Source: Candidatus Omnitrophota bacterium
Lineage (GTDB): Bacteria > Omnitrophota > Gorgyraeia > Gygaellales > Profunditerraquicolaceae
Reading direction: 5' to 3'
Assembly: GCA_030650425.1 (NCBI GenBank)
Contig: JAUSED010000008.1
Coordinates: 196,554-260,553 of the forward strand
DNA: 64,000 nucleotides
Numbering within the stretch: position 1 is the stretch's first letter; each line of letters starts with the position of its first letter. This document shows, one piece after another, positions 32,785-41,738 of the stretch. The position numbers and the translations under genes were made by a program. The notes below the pieces were generated by a model that did not search any database, was not told where the DNA came from, and was given only the letters and a program-made list of their open reading frames with translations.

Positions 32785-34235
32785 TAAAAGACTTTAGGGT
32801 TAGATTAAAAGATTTTATCGTAGTTAATTTGGAGAAGAAAATTTACCCGGAAGAGATCGAGGAATTCTATACAAAGGCCGGGCCTGTAAAAGAGATGTGT
32901 GTCTTCACAGTTTCCGGGATGGCCGGCGCAAAGGGATCGAAAGTTCTTTGGGCCGTTATTCAGCCGGATCTTGACGAATTCAGAAAATTCGCCTCAGTGA
33001 ACCTGCATTTAGCCGTTAAAGAGAGGTTTGATAATGCCTCGCCGTCGCTTCCTATTCATAAAAGGCTTAAAGGTTTTACTGTTACACTTGATGATCTACC
33101 GCATAACCTGTTCGGTAAGTTAGATAGATACGCGGTCAAAAAAATATATGAACCCAGGGTGAGGGCAGGGATAGAAGGCGCTCTCCCGGTGTCAGGAAAG
33201 CTTTCGGTTGATGACCGCTTGTTGATAGAAGGCGCAACCGGCATAAATATTTTGAAATGTTTAAAGGAGATATCCGGAATTAAAAGGCCGATAATACTTG
33301 AAGATTCTTTAGAGCTGGATTTGGGGATAGATTCATTAGGCAGGATAGAATTGGCTTCGTGCCTTGAGTTAGCTTTTAAGGTAAATATAAAAGACGAAGC
33401 GATCTCGCAGGCCTTTAGCGTAAAGGATCTTATTTTGGGAATAACGGATGCGCTCAAAGGCGCTAAAGAAATTACTTCGGAGATTCAAGCGGTGCCTTTA
33501 GAGCCGGGCTACTGGAAAAAACATTTACAAGTTTTGCCGAAAGAAGAACATTTGGGGGCGCTTGAATTCGGCACCGGTTTCTTTGGCTGGCTGCTTCGGT
33601 TTAGTGTCGCGGCGTTAGATTATTTTATTTTTAAATTGTTTTTCAGGATTAAGGTTGAAGGGGCCCAGAACGTGCCAAAAGACGGGGCCTATATTTTATA
33701 TCCAAACCACTCCAGCGATCTTGATGGGCCGGCTATTACCGCTTGCCTACCGCGCAGGCCGGTGTTTCAGCTTTTTTACTTCTTATTCATACCGTATTTT
33801 TTTAGGCCGTATGTCAAATCTCTCGCGTTAAGGAACATCATTAAAATGGTAAGGTTTATTCCTTTTGATTATTCAACACATTTTCTAGAGGCGCTGCGCA
33901 GCGCTTATTTAGTATTACAGCGGGGTAAGGGTTTGTGTTTTTTTCCGGAAGGGTTGCGCAGCACTACTGGAGAAATCGGAAAATTCAAGAGAGGGTTTGG
34001 TATTCTGGCTAAAGAGGCAGGAGCAAAGCTTGTGCCTGTGGCTATAGAAGGGGCTTATGAGGCCTGGCCCAGCACGGCAAAGTATCCCAATCTCCATCCG
34101 ATTATGGTCAGATTCGGTAAGCCGTTGCTTCCGGAAGATTTAGAAAAAGAAGGGTTGGCCATGGGCGCCAAGGATTCTTACGAAGCAATATGCGTGGCAG
34201 CGAGAAAAGCGCTTATAGAACTAAAGGATAAATAA
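32781..34235 (+). CDS. Truncated paralog of the 9568 tri-domain protein: remnant A-domain C-terminal subdomain, ACP-like domain, lysophospholipid acyltransferase domain
   Basis: The N-terminus KKIYPEEIEEFYTKAGPVKEMCVF...LPHNLFGKLDRYAV aligns to aa ~450-540 of the 9568 product (KNIYPEEVESHY...LPRTRLGKIKRYEV). Carrier motif LGIDSLGRIELASCLE. Acyltransferase motifs YPNHSSDLDG and FPEGLRST. Confidence 0.7.
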   Translation: MIKDFRVRLKDFIVVNLEKKIYPEEIEEFYTKAGPVKEMCVFTVSGMAGAKGSKVLWAVIQPDLDEFRKFASVNLHLAVKERFDNASPSLPIHKRLKGFTVTLDDLPHNLFGKLDRYAVKKIYEPRVRAGIEGALPVSGKLSVDDRLLIEGATGINILKCLKEISGIKRPIILEDSLELDLGIDSLGRIELASCLELAFKVNIKDEAISQAFSVKDLILGITDALKGAKEITSEIQAVPLEPGYWKKHLQVLPKEEHLGALEFGTGFFGWLLRFSVAALDYFIFKLFFRIKVEGAQNVPKDGAYILYPNHSSDLDGPAITACLPRRPVFQLFYFLFIPYFFRPYVKSLALRNIIKMVRFIPFDYSTHFLEALRSAYLVLQRGKGLCFFPEGLRSTTGEIGKFKRGFGILAKEAGAKLVPVAIEGAYEAWPSTAKYPNLHPIMVRFGKPLLPEDLEKEGLAMGAKDSYEAICVAARKALIELKDK

Positions 34236-35596
34236 TGAATATTCTTATGATGACAAATACCTATTTTCCGATGGTAGGGGGGCTAGAGCAATCGGTTTAT
34301 TCTTTTAGCGAGGCATTTAGAAGTTTAGGTCATGAGGTTTTGATTGTTACTCCGGCCTTTGGGGGCGCCCCACTTGAGGAGCCGGGCGTTATTCGAATAC
34401 CGGCTTTTCAAAAATTTGGCGGCACTGTTTTTTCCGTTAACTTTCCGATTTCCAGGCTTCTAAAGCAGTACATGAAAGAATTCGTTCCGGATATGGTGCA
34501 CAGCCACGGCCCGTTTTTCATGGGAGATTTCGCGTTACGCCTTAGCCGTCAGCACGCCATACCGCTTGTATTTACTTATCACTGTATGTTTGAGCAGTAC
34601 GTGCATGATTGGCCGGTTCAAAATGAGGGAGTGAAAAGGTTTATGGTCAAGCTTGCTGCGGGATATTCAAATTTAGTAGACCAGGTAATCGTGCCTAGCG
34701 AAAGCGTGCAGGATATCTTACTTAAAAGAGGTGTCAAGACTTCCATGGAGGTTATCCCGACAGGGATAGATGCCCAACGTTTTTCAAAAGGCGACGGAAT
34801 TGCTTTTCGAAAGCTTAACCAGATTCCTCTCGACGCCTTAGTGGTTGGCCATGCCGGCCGGCTGTCTCCGGAAAAGAATTTGGGATTCTTGACAAATTGT
34901 CTGGTTGAATTATTAAAAAAAGATCCAAGGGTTCATGCCCTGATCGTGGGCCTTGGCCCATCGCAAAATTTGATTAAGGATGCCTTTAGAACAGCCGGCC
35001 TTGAAAAAAGATTGCATTTAACCGGGGTTTTACGTTATCAGGATTTAGTTGATGCTTATTTTGCCATGGATGTTTTCGTATTTGCTTCCTTAAGCGAAAC
35101 GCAAGGAATTGTTCTCATTGAAGCCATGGCAGCAGGGGTTCCGGTTGTGGCATTGGATGCCCCGGGAGCGCGGGAGGTTGTAAAAGATTATCATAACGGC
35201 CGCCTGCTGGGCCAAATGGATACTCAAAGTTTCGTTGATGCTCTTACCTGGGCTTTATCTCGAACTCCTGAAGAGTTGCAAACCATAAAGCAGATCGTAA
35301 GAATGTCGGTACAGAAATATCCGATTAAGTCCGCTGCCACACATATGTTAGATATTTATGACAAAATTAGATCAAGAAGATCTGTTTCTCTGGGCAAGAA
35401 GAATAGTTCGCGCTATCTCATTCTGTGGCGCATGAAAGCGGAGTGGGATATTTGTAGCAATTATATTAAATCTGTAGTTCAATCAGTGTTTGAAGGAGGC
35501 TTTCAGAAAACAGAACCCGTAAAAATTAAAGATACAACGGTAAAAAGTGGAGTTTCCCAATCTTTGAAGGAGGGAAGTCATGAAAGAAAAAAATAG
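34235..35596 (+). CDS. Family 4 (GT4) glycosyltransferase
   Basis: GT-B C-terminal domain with EAMAAGVPVVALD and the upstream E-x7-E-like region; 453 aa. Confidence 0.8.
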   Translation: MNILMMTNTYFPMVGGLEQSVYSFSEAFRSLGHEVLIVTPAFGGAPLEEPGVIRIPAFQKFGGTVFSVNFPISRLLKQYMKEFVPDMVHSHGPFFMGDFALRLSRQHAIPLVFTYHCMFEQYVHDWPVQNEGVKRFMVKLAAGYSNLVDQVIVPSESVQDILLKRGVKTSMEVIPTGIDAQRFSKGDGIAFRKLNQIPLDALVVGHAGRLSPEKNLGFLTNCLVELLKKDPRVHALIVGLGPSQNLIKDAFRTAGLEKRLHLTGVLRYQDLVDAYFAMDVFVFASLSETQGIVLIEAMAAGVPVVALDAPGAREVVKDYHNGRLLGQMDTQSFVDALTWALSRTPEELQTIKQIVRMSVQKYPIKSAATHMLDIYDKIRSRRSVSLGKKNSSRYLILWRMKAEWDICSNYIKSVVQSVFEGGFQKTEPVKIKDTTVKSGVSQSLKEGSHERKK

Positions 35597-37274
35597 AGAG
35601 AAAGAGTTACTTAAAAATAAGGTAGCAACTTGTGCCACCACAGAAGGAATTATCGTTAAGCAGCTTCACCATGAAATCGAACACCGCAAGAAAACTGAGC
35701 AGGTTACTCAGGATGCCCGTAACTATGCCGAGAGTATTATCGATACTGTGCGTGAACCTTTGCTTGTTTTGGATGCAGATTTAATGGTAATTTCAGCCAG
35801 TCGTTCCTTCTATCAAGTCTTTAAGGTAAAACCCGAGGATACCGAGAAGCAGTATATCTATGATTTAGGTAATCGTCAATGGGATATACCGAAACTACGA
35901 GAATTGTTGGAGAAAATTTTACCTAAGGTTACAAGTTTTGATAATTTTGAAGTGGAACATAATTTTCTTGATATCGGCAAGCGAATAATGCTTTTGAATG
36001 CGCGTAAAATCTTTCGAGAGACTAACCACACGCATTCTATTCTTTTAGCTATCGAGGACATCACCGAGCGTAAGGGGATAGAAAAAGGCTTGGAAAACAC
36101 ACGTAAAGAACTGGAGGTTATTAAAAAAACTGCAGATGAAGTTAGTGAATTTGCTGAGAGTGTCATCAACACTGTGCGTGAACCCTTGATTTCTTTGGAT
36201 CAAGATCTCAGAGTGGTTTCTGTCAGCCGCTCCTTCTATGAATTCTTTAAGGTAAATCCTGAAGAGACCATTGGGCAGCTTATTTATGACTTGGGTAATA
36301 AGCAGTGGGATATTCCCAAGCTACGGGAATTACTGGAAACCATCCTTCCCCAAAAGGCAACCTTTGATAACTATGAGGTTGAACACGATTTTTCGACCAT
36401 TGGCAGGCGCATAATGCTTTTGAATGCCCGGCAAATTGAACGAGTGCTGGGTAAAGAGCGGATTATTCTTCTGGCTATCGAGGACATCACCGAGCGCAGG
36501 GAGATAGAAAAAGGCCTGGAAAAGACTCATGAAGAATTACAGAAGTTAGCCGCCGAGTTAAAACGTACCGCCCGGGCAAAATCCGAGTTTCTGGCCAACA
36601 TGTCGCATGAGCTTAGGACTCCACTTAACTCCATTAACGGTTTTTCTGAGATATTATCCGACGAAACTTTCGGCCCGCTTAACGAGAAGCAGAAAAAATA
36701 CGTTAATAATATTTTAGCCAGCGGAAAGCACCTTCTCTTACTGATAAATCAGATACTTGATATGGCAAAAGTTGAGTCCGGAAAGATGAAGCTGGTATTA
36801 TCCAGCTTACCCATGAAAAGCCTGTTAAATGAGATTTCACTGCTGGTAGCGGATATGGTCAGCAAAAAGAAGATCGATATGTCGCTGGAAATAGCCGAGG
36901 ATCTGCCGAATATTGAGGCAGATGACCTCAAGGTAAAAGAGATAATTTACAATCTGCTTTCAAACGCAGTTAAGTTTACTCCCGAGGGTGGTAAGATCGG
37001 CATGCGGGCGAAGAAAGCCGGTTCCGAGATAGCAGTAGAGGTCTGGGATACGGGGGCCGGTATCGCGTCTGAAAACATGGCGAAAATATTTGAAGGGTTT
37101 TTCCGGGTTGATACTCCCTATTCTCGGTTAACTGAAGGGACGGGTCTAGGTTTACCGCTCTCTAAAAAGCTGGTTGAGTTACATGGCGGAAAATTTTCTG
37201 TAGAATCAGGGGGGCTAAATAAAGGGACCGGAGTCAAGTTTACTCTGCCCATTGTATCCAAGAAGGAGGTTTGA
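35580..37274 (+). CDS. Cytoplasmic sensor histidine kinase with two tandemly duplicated PAS domains
   Basis: Two ~140-aa PAS repeats about 75% identical (SIIDTVREPLLVLD.../SVINTVREPLISLD...). HisKA MSHELRTPLNSINGFSE, N-box NLLSNAVKF, G-boxes DTGAGI and GTGLGLPLSKKLVELHGG. Confidence 0.85.
   Translation: MKEKNREKELLKNKVATCATTEGIIVKQLHHEIEHRKKTEQVTQDARNYAESIIDTVREPLLVLDADLMVISASRSFYQVFKVKPEDTEKQYIYDLGNRQWDIPKLRELLEKILPKVTSFDNFEVEHNFLDIGKRIMLLNARKIFRETNHTHSILLAIEDITERKGIEKGLENTRKELEVIKKTADEVSEFAESVINTVREPLISLDQDLRVVSVSRSFYEFFKVNPEETIGQLIYDLGNKQWDIPKLRELLETILPQKATFDNYEVEHDFSTIGRRIMLLNARQIERVLGKERIILLAIEDITERREIEKGLEKTHEELQKLAAELKRTARAKSEFLANMSHELRTPLNSINGFSEILSDETFGPLNEKQKKYVNNILASGKHLLLLINQILDMAKVESGKMKLVLSSLPMKSLLNEISLLVADMVSKKKIDMSLEIAEDLPNIEADDLKVKEIIYNLLSNAVKFTPEGGKIGMRAKKAGSEIAVEVWDTGAGIASENMAKIFEGFFRVDTPYSRLTEGTGLGLPLSKKLVELHGGKFSVESGGLNKGTGVKFTLPIVSKKEV
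35727..36530 (+). repeat. Tandem ~425-nt duplication encoding the two PAS domains of the kinase
   Basis: gagagtattatcgatactgtgcgtgaacc at ~35728 and gagagtgtcatcaacactgtgcgtgaacc at ~36153; the ends ctatcgaggacatcaccgagcg are repeated. Confidence 0.75.
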
Positions 37275-37641
37275 GATGAAAAAGAAAGCATTAGTTGTCG
37301 ATGATGATGTAAAAAATCTTATGCTCGAAAAAGATCTTTTGGAGGTCGCTGGCTTTGAAGTATTTGAAGCTGAAAATGCTGCCGGTGGGATTGCCATCAC
37401 CAGGAAAGAAAAGCCGGATATCATCATTATGGATGTGCGGCTTCCAGATATGCGCGGTAGCGCAGCCGCCAAGATATTGCGCCAAGACAAAGAGACAAGC
37501 GATATCCCAATAATTTTTGTGACTGCTTCAGTTATGGCAGGGGAAAGAGAAGAGATAAACGACATAACTAACAGCGGATTCATAGGCAAGCCGATAAATA
37601 CGCGCACCTTTGCGAAAGAAATTAGCCAGTTTGTTAAGTGA
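37252..37641 (+). CDS. Single-domain CheY-like response regulator
   Basis: ALVVDDDVKN ... IIIMDVRLPDMRG ... IGKP; overlaps the kinase stop. Confidence 0.8.
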   Translation: MYPRRRFEMKKKALVVDDDVKNLMLEKDLLEVAGFEVFEAENAAGGIAITRKEKPDIIIMDVRLPDMRGSAAAKILRQDKETSDIPIIFVTASVMAGEREEINDITNSGFIGKPINTRTFAKEISQFVK

Positions 37642-37684
37642 TTTTTCTAATATCTTGAAAAGTCAAACTCAAAAGAGGTAGAGG

Positions 37685-38671
37685 ATGAAAGACAAATCAG
37701 TCATTTTAGTTGTTGATGACCAGTTCCAAAACATCGAACTTCTCGAGGCATATCTTGTTCCGCAGGGTTATGAAATAGTTAAGGCCTCAAGCGGTGAAGA
37801 AGCGCTGGAAAAAATAGTCAATAATCAAATCGATCTGGTTCTACTGGACGTAATGATGCTCAAGATGTCCGGCATAGACGTGTTGAAGAAATTGCGTGCC
37901 GATGAAAAAACTAAGGCGATCCCTGTGGTGATGGTAACCGTACTTAAGGAGACTGAAGACAAGGTAAAAGCCCTTGAGGCAGGTTGCGATGATTTTATTT
38001 CCAAGCCTGTTGATAAGGTTGAGTTATTAGCAAGGGTTAAGTCTATACTCAAGATAAGTCATTACCGTCGACAGTTAGAAGAAAAGGATAAATTTAAGGC
38101 AGTGGTTGATAAAGTAAGCGATGGCATTGCCATCTGTAGACCGGATTATTTAATTAAAGATTGCAATGCGGCGGTTTTAAAATACTTAAATATTAGTGAT
38201 ACTAAGGATATTAATTTAGTTGAAACGTTATTTAAGAATTATTCTGTTTCTATAAAAAAAGAAGCTCTTGTGGATTTAACGATTACGCATAAAACATTTG
38301 ATATAGTACGCCAAAAATCAGAAACGTCAGAGGCATTATATTTAGAGGTAAATTTGAATATGATAAAGAATTCAGCCGGAGAGCTATTAAGCATAGTTTT
38401 TATTTTACGTGATGTTACCGCAGCACGCGTGGAAGAATTTCAAAAACAGGATACCCTAACTCTTATTTCGCATAAACTGCGTACACCGTTGGGGGCGATT
38501 AGTGGAAACATATCGTTACTTCAGAATGGATCGTATGGAGCTCTAAATGAGGAGCAAAAGAAAGCAATTGGTAGCATATCTAAACAATCTTCTTCGCTTA
38601 TTTCAATGGTAGAGGAACTGCTTGGGTTCTCAATAGTATGTAGCCACTCTTTAGAGTATGAAGATAAATAA
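37685..38671 (+). CDS. Hybrid protein: receiver, PAS-like and HisKA-like dimerisation/phosphoacceptor domains, with no HATPase domain
   Basis: ILVVDDQFQN...LLDVMMLKMSG receiver; ISHKLRTPLGAISGNISLL H-box. No N/G boxes before the stop. Confidence 0.65.
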   Translation: MKDKSVILVVDDQFQNIELLEAYLVPQGYEIVKASSGEEALEKIVNNQIDLVLLDVMMLKMSGIDVLKKLRADEKTKAIPVVMVTVLKETEDKVKALEAGCDDFISKPVDKVELLARVKSILKISHYRRQLEEKDKFKAVVDKVSDGIAICRPDYLIKDCNAAVLKYLNISDTKDINLVETLFKNYSVSIKKEALVDLTITHKTFDIVRQKSETSEALYLEVNLNMIKNSAGELLSIVFILRDVTAARVEEFQKQDTLTLISHKLRTPLGAISGNISLLQNGSYGALNEEQKKAIGSISKQSSSLISMVEELLGFSIVCSHSLEYEDK

Positions 38672-39377
38672 AATATTTATTGGATTAGCAATAGTTTTAA
38701 CTGTTTTTGTCAGTAATGATTTATTGAAAGCAGAAACTGTCAATTATGATTTTACCGGTGAAAGTATTCAGTACGGCGTGCAGCCTGTCGGAAAATCAGA
38801 ATATAAAAATCTTGGATCGGTGGATTTAAAAGGAGCGAAGGCAGGCTTGGTAACAATTAAGAGCAAAATTTTATTTGTCGAGGTCGCGGAAAGGGTTTTT
38901 TACGATCCGGAAACTTCGTTGCCATATAAAACAGAGCGTATCAATTCAGGCCTTTGGATTAAAGAATACAGAACAGAAGAATACGATCAGAATAAATTTA
39001 CAGTTGTAATAAAAAAGTTTAAAAGGGGAAAGTTAATAAAGGTAATGGAGAAGACGATCAAAACGGACGGCCCGATTCAAAATATGAACACACTTCTTCT
39101 GTATCTGCGTAAGCAACCCGACCTTAAAATAGGCTGGCATCTTGCTACGAAGGTCCCTAATGAGCTTGAACTCACGGAATTTGATTTAAAATTAATTTCA
39201 ATAGATGAAATAATCGTTCCTGGCGGTAAATTCCAGGCTTACCATTTTAAAAGTGTTCCCGATACGTTTGAAATCTGGATTGATAAAAGCGGCCCGCGAA
39301 TCCCGCTTAAAATAAGAATTAAAGGCATTGTTAGTTGCACTATTCTTATGAAAGGATACAGTCTCCACAATAATTGA
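38658..39377 (+). CDS. Secreted hypothetical protein (239 aa)
   Basis: Signal peptide IFIGLAIVLTVFVSNDLLKA; no recognisable motifs. Confidence 0.45.
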   Translation: MKINKIFIGLAIVLTVFVSNDLLKAETVNYDFTGESIQYGVQPVGKSEYKNLGSVDLKGAKAGLVTIKSKILFVEVAERVFYDPETSLPYKTERINSGLWIKEYRTEEYDQNKFTVVIKKFKRGKLIKVMEKTIKTDGPIQNMNTLLLYLRKQPDLKIGWHLATKVPNELELTEFDLKLISIDEIIVPGGKFQAYHFKSVPDTFEIWIDKSGPRIPLKIRIKGIVSCTILMKGYSLHNN

Positions 39378-39392
39378 TAGAAGGAGGTAAAG

Positions 39393-39758
39393 ATGATGAT
39401 TAAATGTACGCGAGGATTTGGGTTCTTGGTTTTGGTATGTATCGTTATTTCATTGAGCGGCTGCGCTTCATGCGGAACGCCATATCGCAGAGAACTGACT
39501 AATAATTCAGACTTAAGAGAGGCGAATGAGAGCTATAAAAAAGCCATAGATTGGTTGGATAAGGCAGAATGTTCTTCGATACCCGCCGAAGCAGAAAAAG
39601 ATTCTATTACTGGAGAGTCTTATCTTTCAGACGCTATTTTCAAGTTAAAAGAGGTGGGAAGCAATAAACACATTGATGTATCCGAAGATGTCTATTATTG
39701 CGAAAAGATAAAAAGAGAAACAGACGTTAAGATAGGCCAGGCTGATAGAGCGAAGTAA
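39393..39758 (+). CDS. Lipoprotein (121 aa)
   Basis: AGGAGG RBS; lipobox LSGCASC. Confidence 0.5.
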   Translation: MMIKCTRGFGFLVLVCIVISLSGCASCGTPYRRELTNNSDLREANESYKKAIDWLDKAECSSIPAEAEKDSITGESYLSDAIFKLKEVGSNKHIDVSEDVYYCEKIKRETDVKIGQADRAK

Positions 39759-39837
39759 TTACCTTAAAATCTTAAGGCAACCGGTGCAAAATATAACCGG
39801 TTTATAAATAGTATAAAACAAAAACTAGAGAATGAAA

Positions 39838-39963
39838 ATGGCAGTTGAGAAAGTAGGAGAAAAATACAGATGCAATGTCTGTGGTAACGAGGTTACGGTA
39901 ACTAAAGTAGGTGGCGGAGAACTTGTCTGTTGTAAACAACCAATGGAAAAATTAGAAGCATAG
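39838..39963 (+). CDS. Desulforedoxin-like rubredoxin-type mini-protein (41 aa, Cys4 iron site)
   Basis: MAVEKVGEKYRCNVCGNEVTVTKVGGGELVCCKQPMEKLEA carries C-x2-C ... C-C spacing and the GGG turn typical of desulforedoxin and the desulfoferrodoxin N-domain. Not in the ORF track. Confidence 0.55.
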   Translation: MAVEKVGEKYRCNVCGNEVTVTKVGGGELVCCKQPMEKLEA

Positions 39964-40027
39964 AAGGGGAGGGCAATTTATGAAAGGATTTAAAACGGAT
40001 ATCGAAAAAGACACTTTAAAAAAGCAA

Positions 40028-40113
40028 TTGATAGCGTTTCTAAACAATCTTCTTTGCTTATTTCAATAGTAGAGGAACTGCTTGGGTTTTCAATAGTATG
40101 TAGCCACTCTTCA
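40028..40113 (+). pseudogene. Approximately 86-bp remnant copy of the 3' end of gene 37685..38671 (about 88% identical to 38568-38653), out of frame
   Basis: attgatagcgtttctaaacaatcttctttgcttatttcaatagtagaggaactgcttgggttttcaatagtatgtagccactctt versus aattggtagcatatctaaacaatcttcttcgcttatttcaatggtagaggaactgcttgggttctcaatagtatgtagccactctt. Confidence 0.6.
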
Positions 40114-40327
40114 TGACAGATATAAGTATATAATCTTAAGATATACCAGAGAAATAGAGATTTCTAGAGAAACTGTATCTACAGGCTCTATGCCTTTGCG
40201 CAGAAAAGGGGTTGAGGATAAAAACCCCTAAAACTTCTTGCAATTCTTTTCCACTTGTGATAATTTATTACAGCCTACCGCAATAGTGAGCCATCAATAA
40301 ATCATTTTAATTAGAGGACAAGAAAAT

Positions 40328-40648
40328 ATGAGCTTACATCATTTTACCGACAGCAATTTCAAGAAAGAAGTATTGGAGTCCAAGGTTCCGGTGGTCGTTG
40401 ATTTCTGGGCTAATTGGTGCGGCCCCTGTAAGATGATTGCCCCGATTGTGGAAGAGTTAGCTAAGGAATATGACGGAAAGGTAAAAATAGGCAAAGTCGA
40501 TGTCGATACTAACCCTCAAAGCGCCTCAACCTACGGGATTATGTCTATACCGAGCCTGATATTCTTCAAGGATGGTAAGGTTATGGATCAGGTTACCGGC
40601 GCCTTAAACAGAGCGAGCCTTAAGCAAAAGATAGAAGAAAACATTTAA
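40328..40648 (+). CDS. trxA: Thioredoxin
   Basis: WANWCGPCK active site; 106 aa. Confidence 0.9.
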   Translation: MSLHHFTDSNFKKEVLESKVPVVVDFWANWCGPCKMIAPIVEELAKEYDGKVKIGKVDVDTNPQSASTYGIMSIPSLIFFKDGKVMDQVTGALNRASLKQKIEENI

Positions 40649-41736
40649 TGAAAAAGATATTCATCGCTGCAACCAAGCAGAATGATGGGAAGACCACTGT
40701 TTCGTTAGGGCTAATCCGTAATCTTCAGAATATCTTTAAAAAGGTTGGTTTTATCAAGCCTATAGGCCAGCGTTACCTTGAAGAAGAAGGCTTGAAAATC
40801 GACGAGGATTCTGTTTTAATTGAAGAAGTCTGCGGTATAAAATGCGGGCTGAAAGATATGAGCCCGATAGCCGTGGAAAAAGGTTTCACGGAAAAGTATA
40901 TCGTTAAGCCGGACAAAGAATCCATTACTAAGCAGATTAAAGATTCGTTTCGCAGGGTTTCCAGGGGGCAGAATTTAGTTATTGTTGAAGGCACGGGCCA
41001 TGCCGGAGTAGGTTCGGTCTTTGACCATTCCAATGCTGCTGTCGCGAAGCTGCTCGGGTCAAAGGCAATATTAATTTCATCAGGCGGAGTAGGCCGTCCG
41101 ATAGATGAAATCATTCTGAATAAAGCGCTCTTTGAGCGCGAAGGGGTTAAGCTTCTAGGCGTAATCATTAATAAGGTTCTTCCGGAGAAATTTGATAAAA
41201 TCAATAATTTAGTCAGAAAGGGATTAAAGAGGAAGGGCGTAGATGTCTTAGGGGTGGTTCCTTATAACCCTATGCTTAGCCGGCCGACCATAGAGCAGAT
41301 TTTGGAGGAGACTGACTTCGAGCTTTTATGCGGGAGGGAATATTTGGAATCTTCGGTTTCGCAGGTGATTGTCGGGGCGATGGAGCCGCATGACGCGGTA
41401 AAATATATCGTCGAAGACAGCCTGATGATTACTCCCGGTGACAGGGAGGATATGGTAATGACCGCTTTAAGTTGTTTTCGCGAGCATGATGAGAAAAGGC
41501 TCAAGGTAAGCGGAATTATCTTATCCGGAGGAATTACTCCGGAACAACCGATAATGAATTTATTGTATAAAGCCCAGGTACCTGTTTTGTTAGCTAAGTC
41601 CGATACCTATGACGTGGCTACTTCTATTCACGATTTGACGGTTAAGACACGGCCGCGCGATAAAGAAAAGATCGACGCGGTGGTTAAGTTAATTAAAGAT
41701 AACGTGGATGTAGATAGAATATTGAAAGGTATGTAA
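40648..41736 (+). CDS. Phosphotransacetylase N-terminal regulatory domain (P-loop/DRTGG-type) encoded as a separate ORF
   Basis: Corresponds to the ~350-aa N-terminal domain of long-form Pta enzymes (CobQ/MinD-like nucleotide-binding fold + DRTGG). It immediately precedes the catalytic pta gene with a 2-nt gap. Confidence 0.65.
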   Translation: MKKIFIAATKQNDGKTTVSLGLIRNLQNIFKKVGFIKPIGQRYLEEEGLKIDEDSVLIEEVCGIKCGLKDMSPIAVEKGFTEKYIVKPDKESITKQIKDSFRRVSRGQNLVIVEGTGHAGVGSVFDHSNAAVAKLLGSKAILISSGGVGRPIDEIILNKALFEREGVKLLGVIINKVLPEKFDKINNLVRKGLKRKGVDVLGVVPYNPMLSRPTIEQILEETDFELLCGREYLESSVSQVIVGAMEPHDAVKYIVEDSLMITPGDREDMVMTALSCFREHDEKRLKVSGIILSGGITPEQPIMNLLYKAQVPVLLAKSDTYDVATSIHDLTVKTRPRDKEKIDAVVKLIKDNVDVDRILKGM

Positions 41737-41738
41737 AA

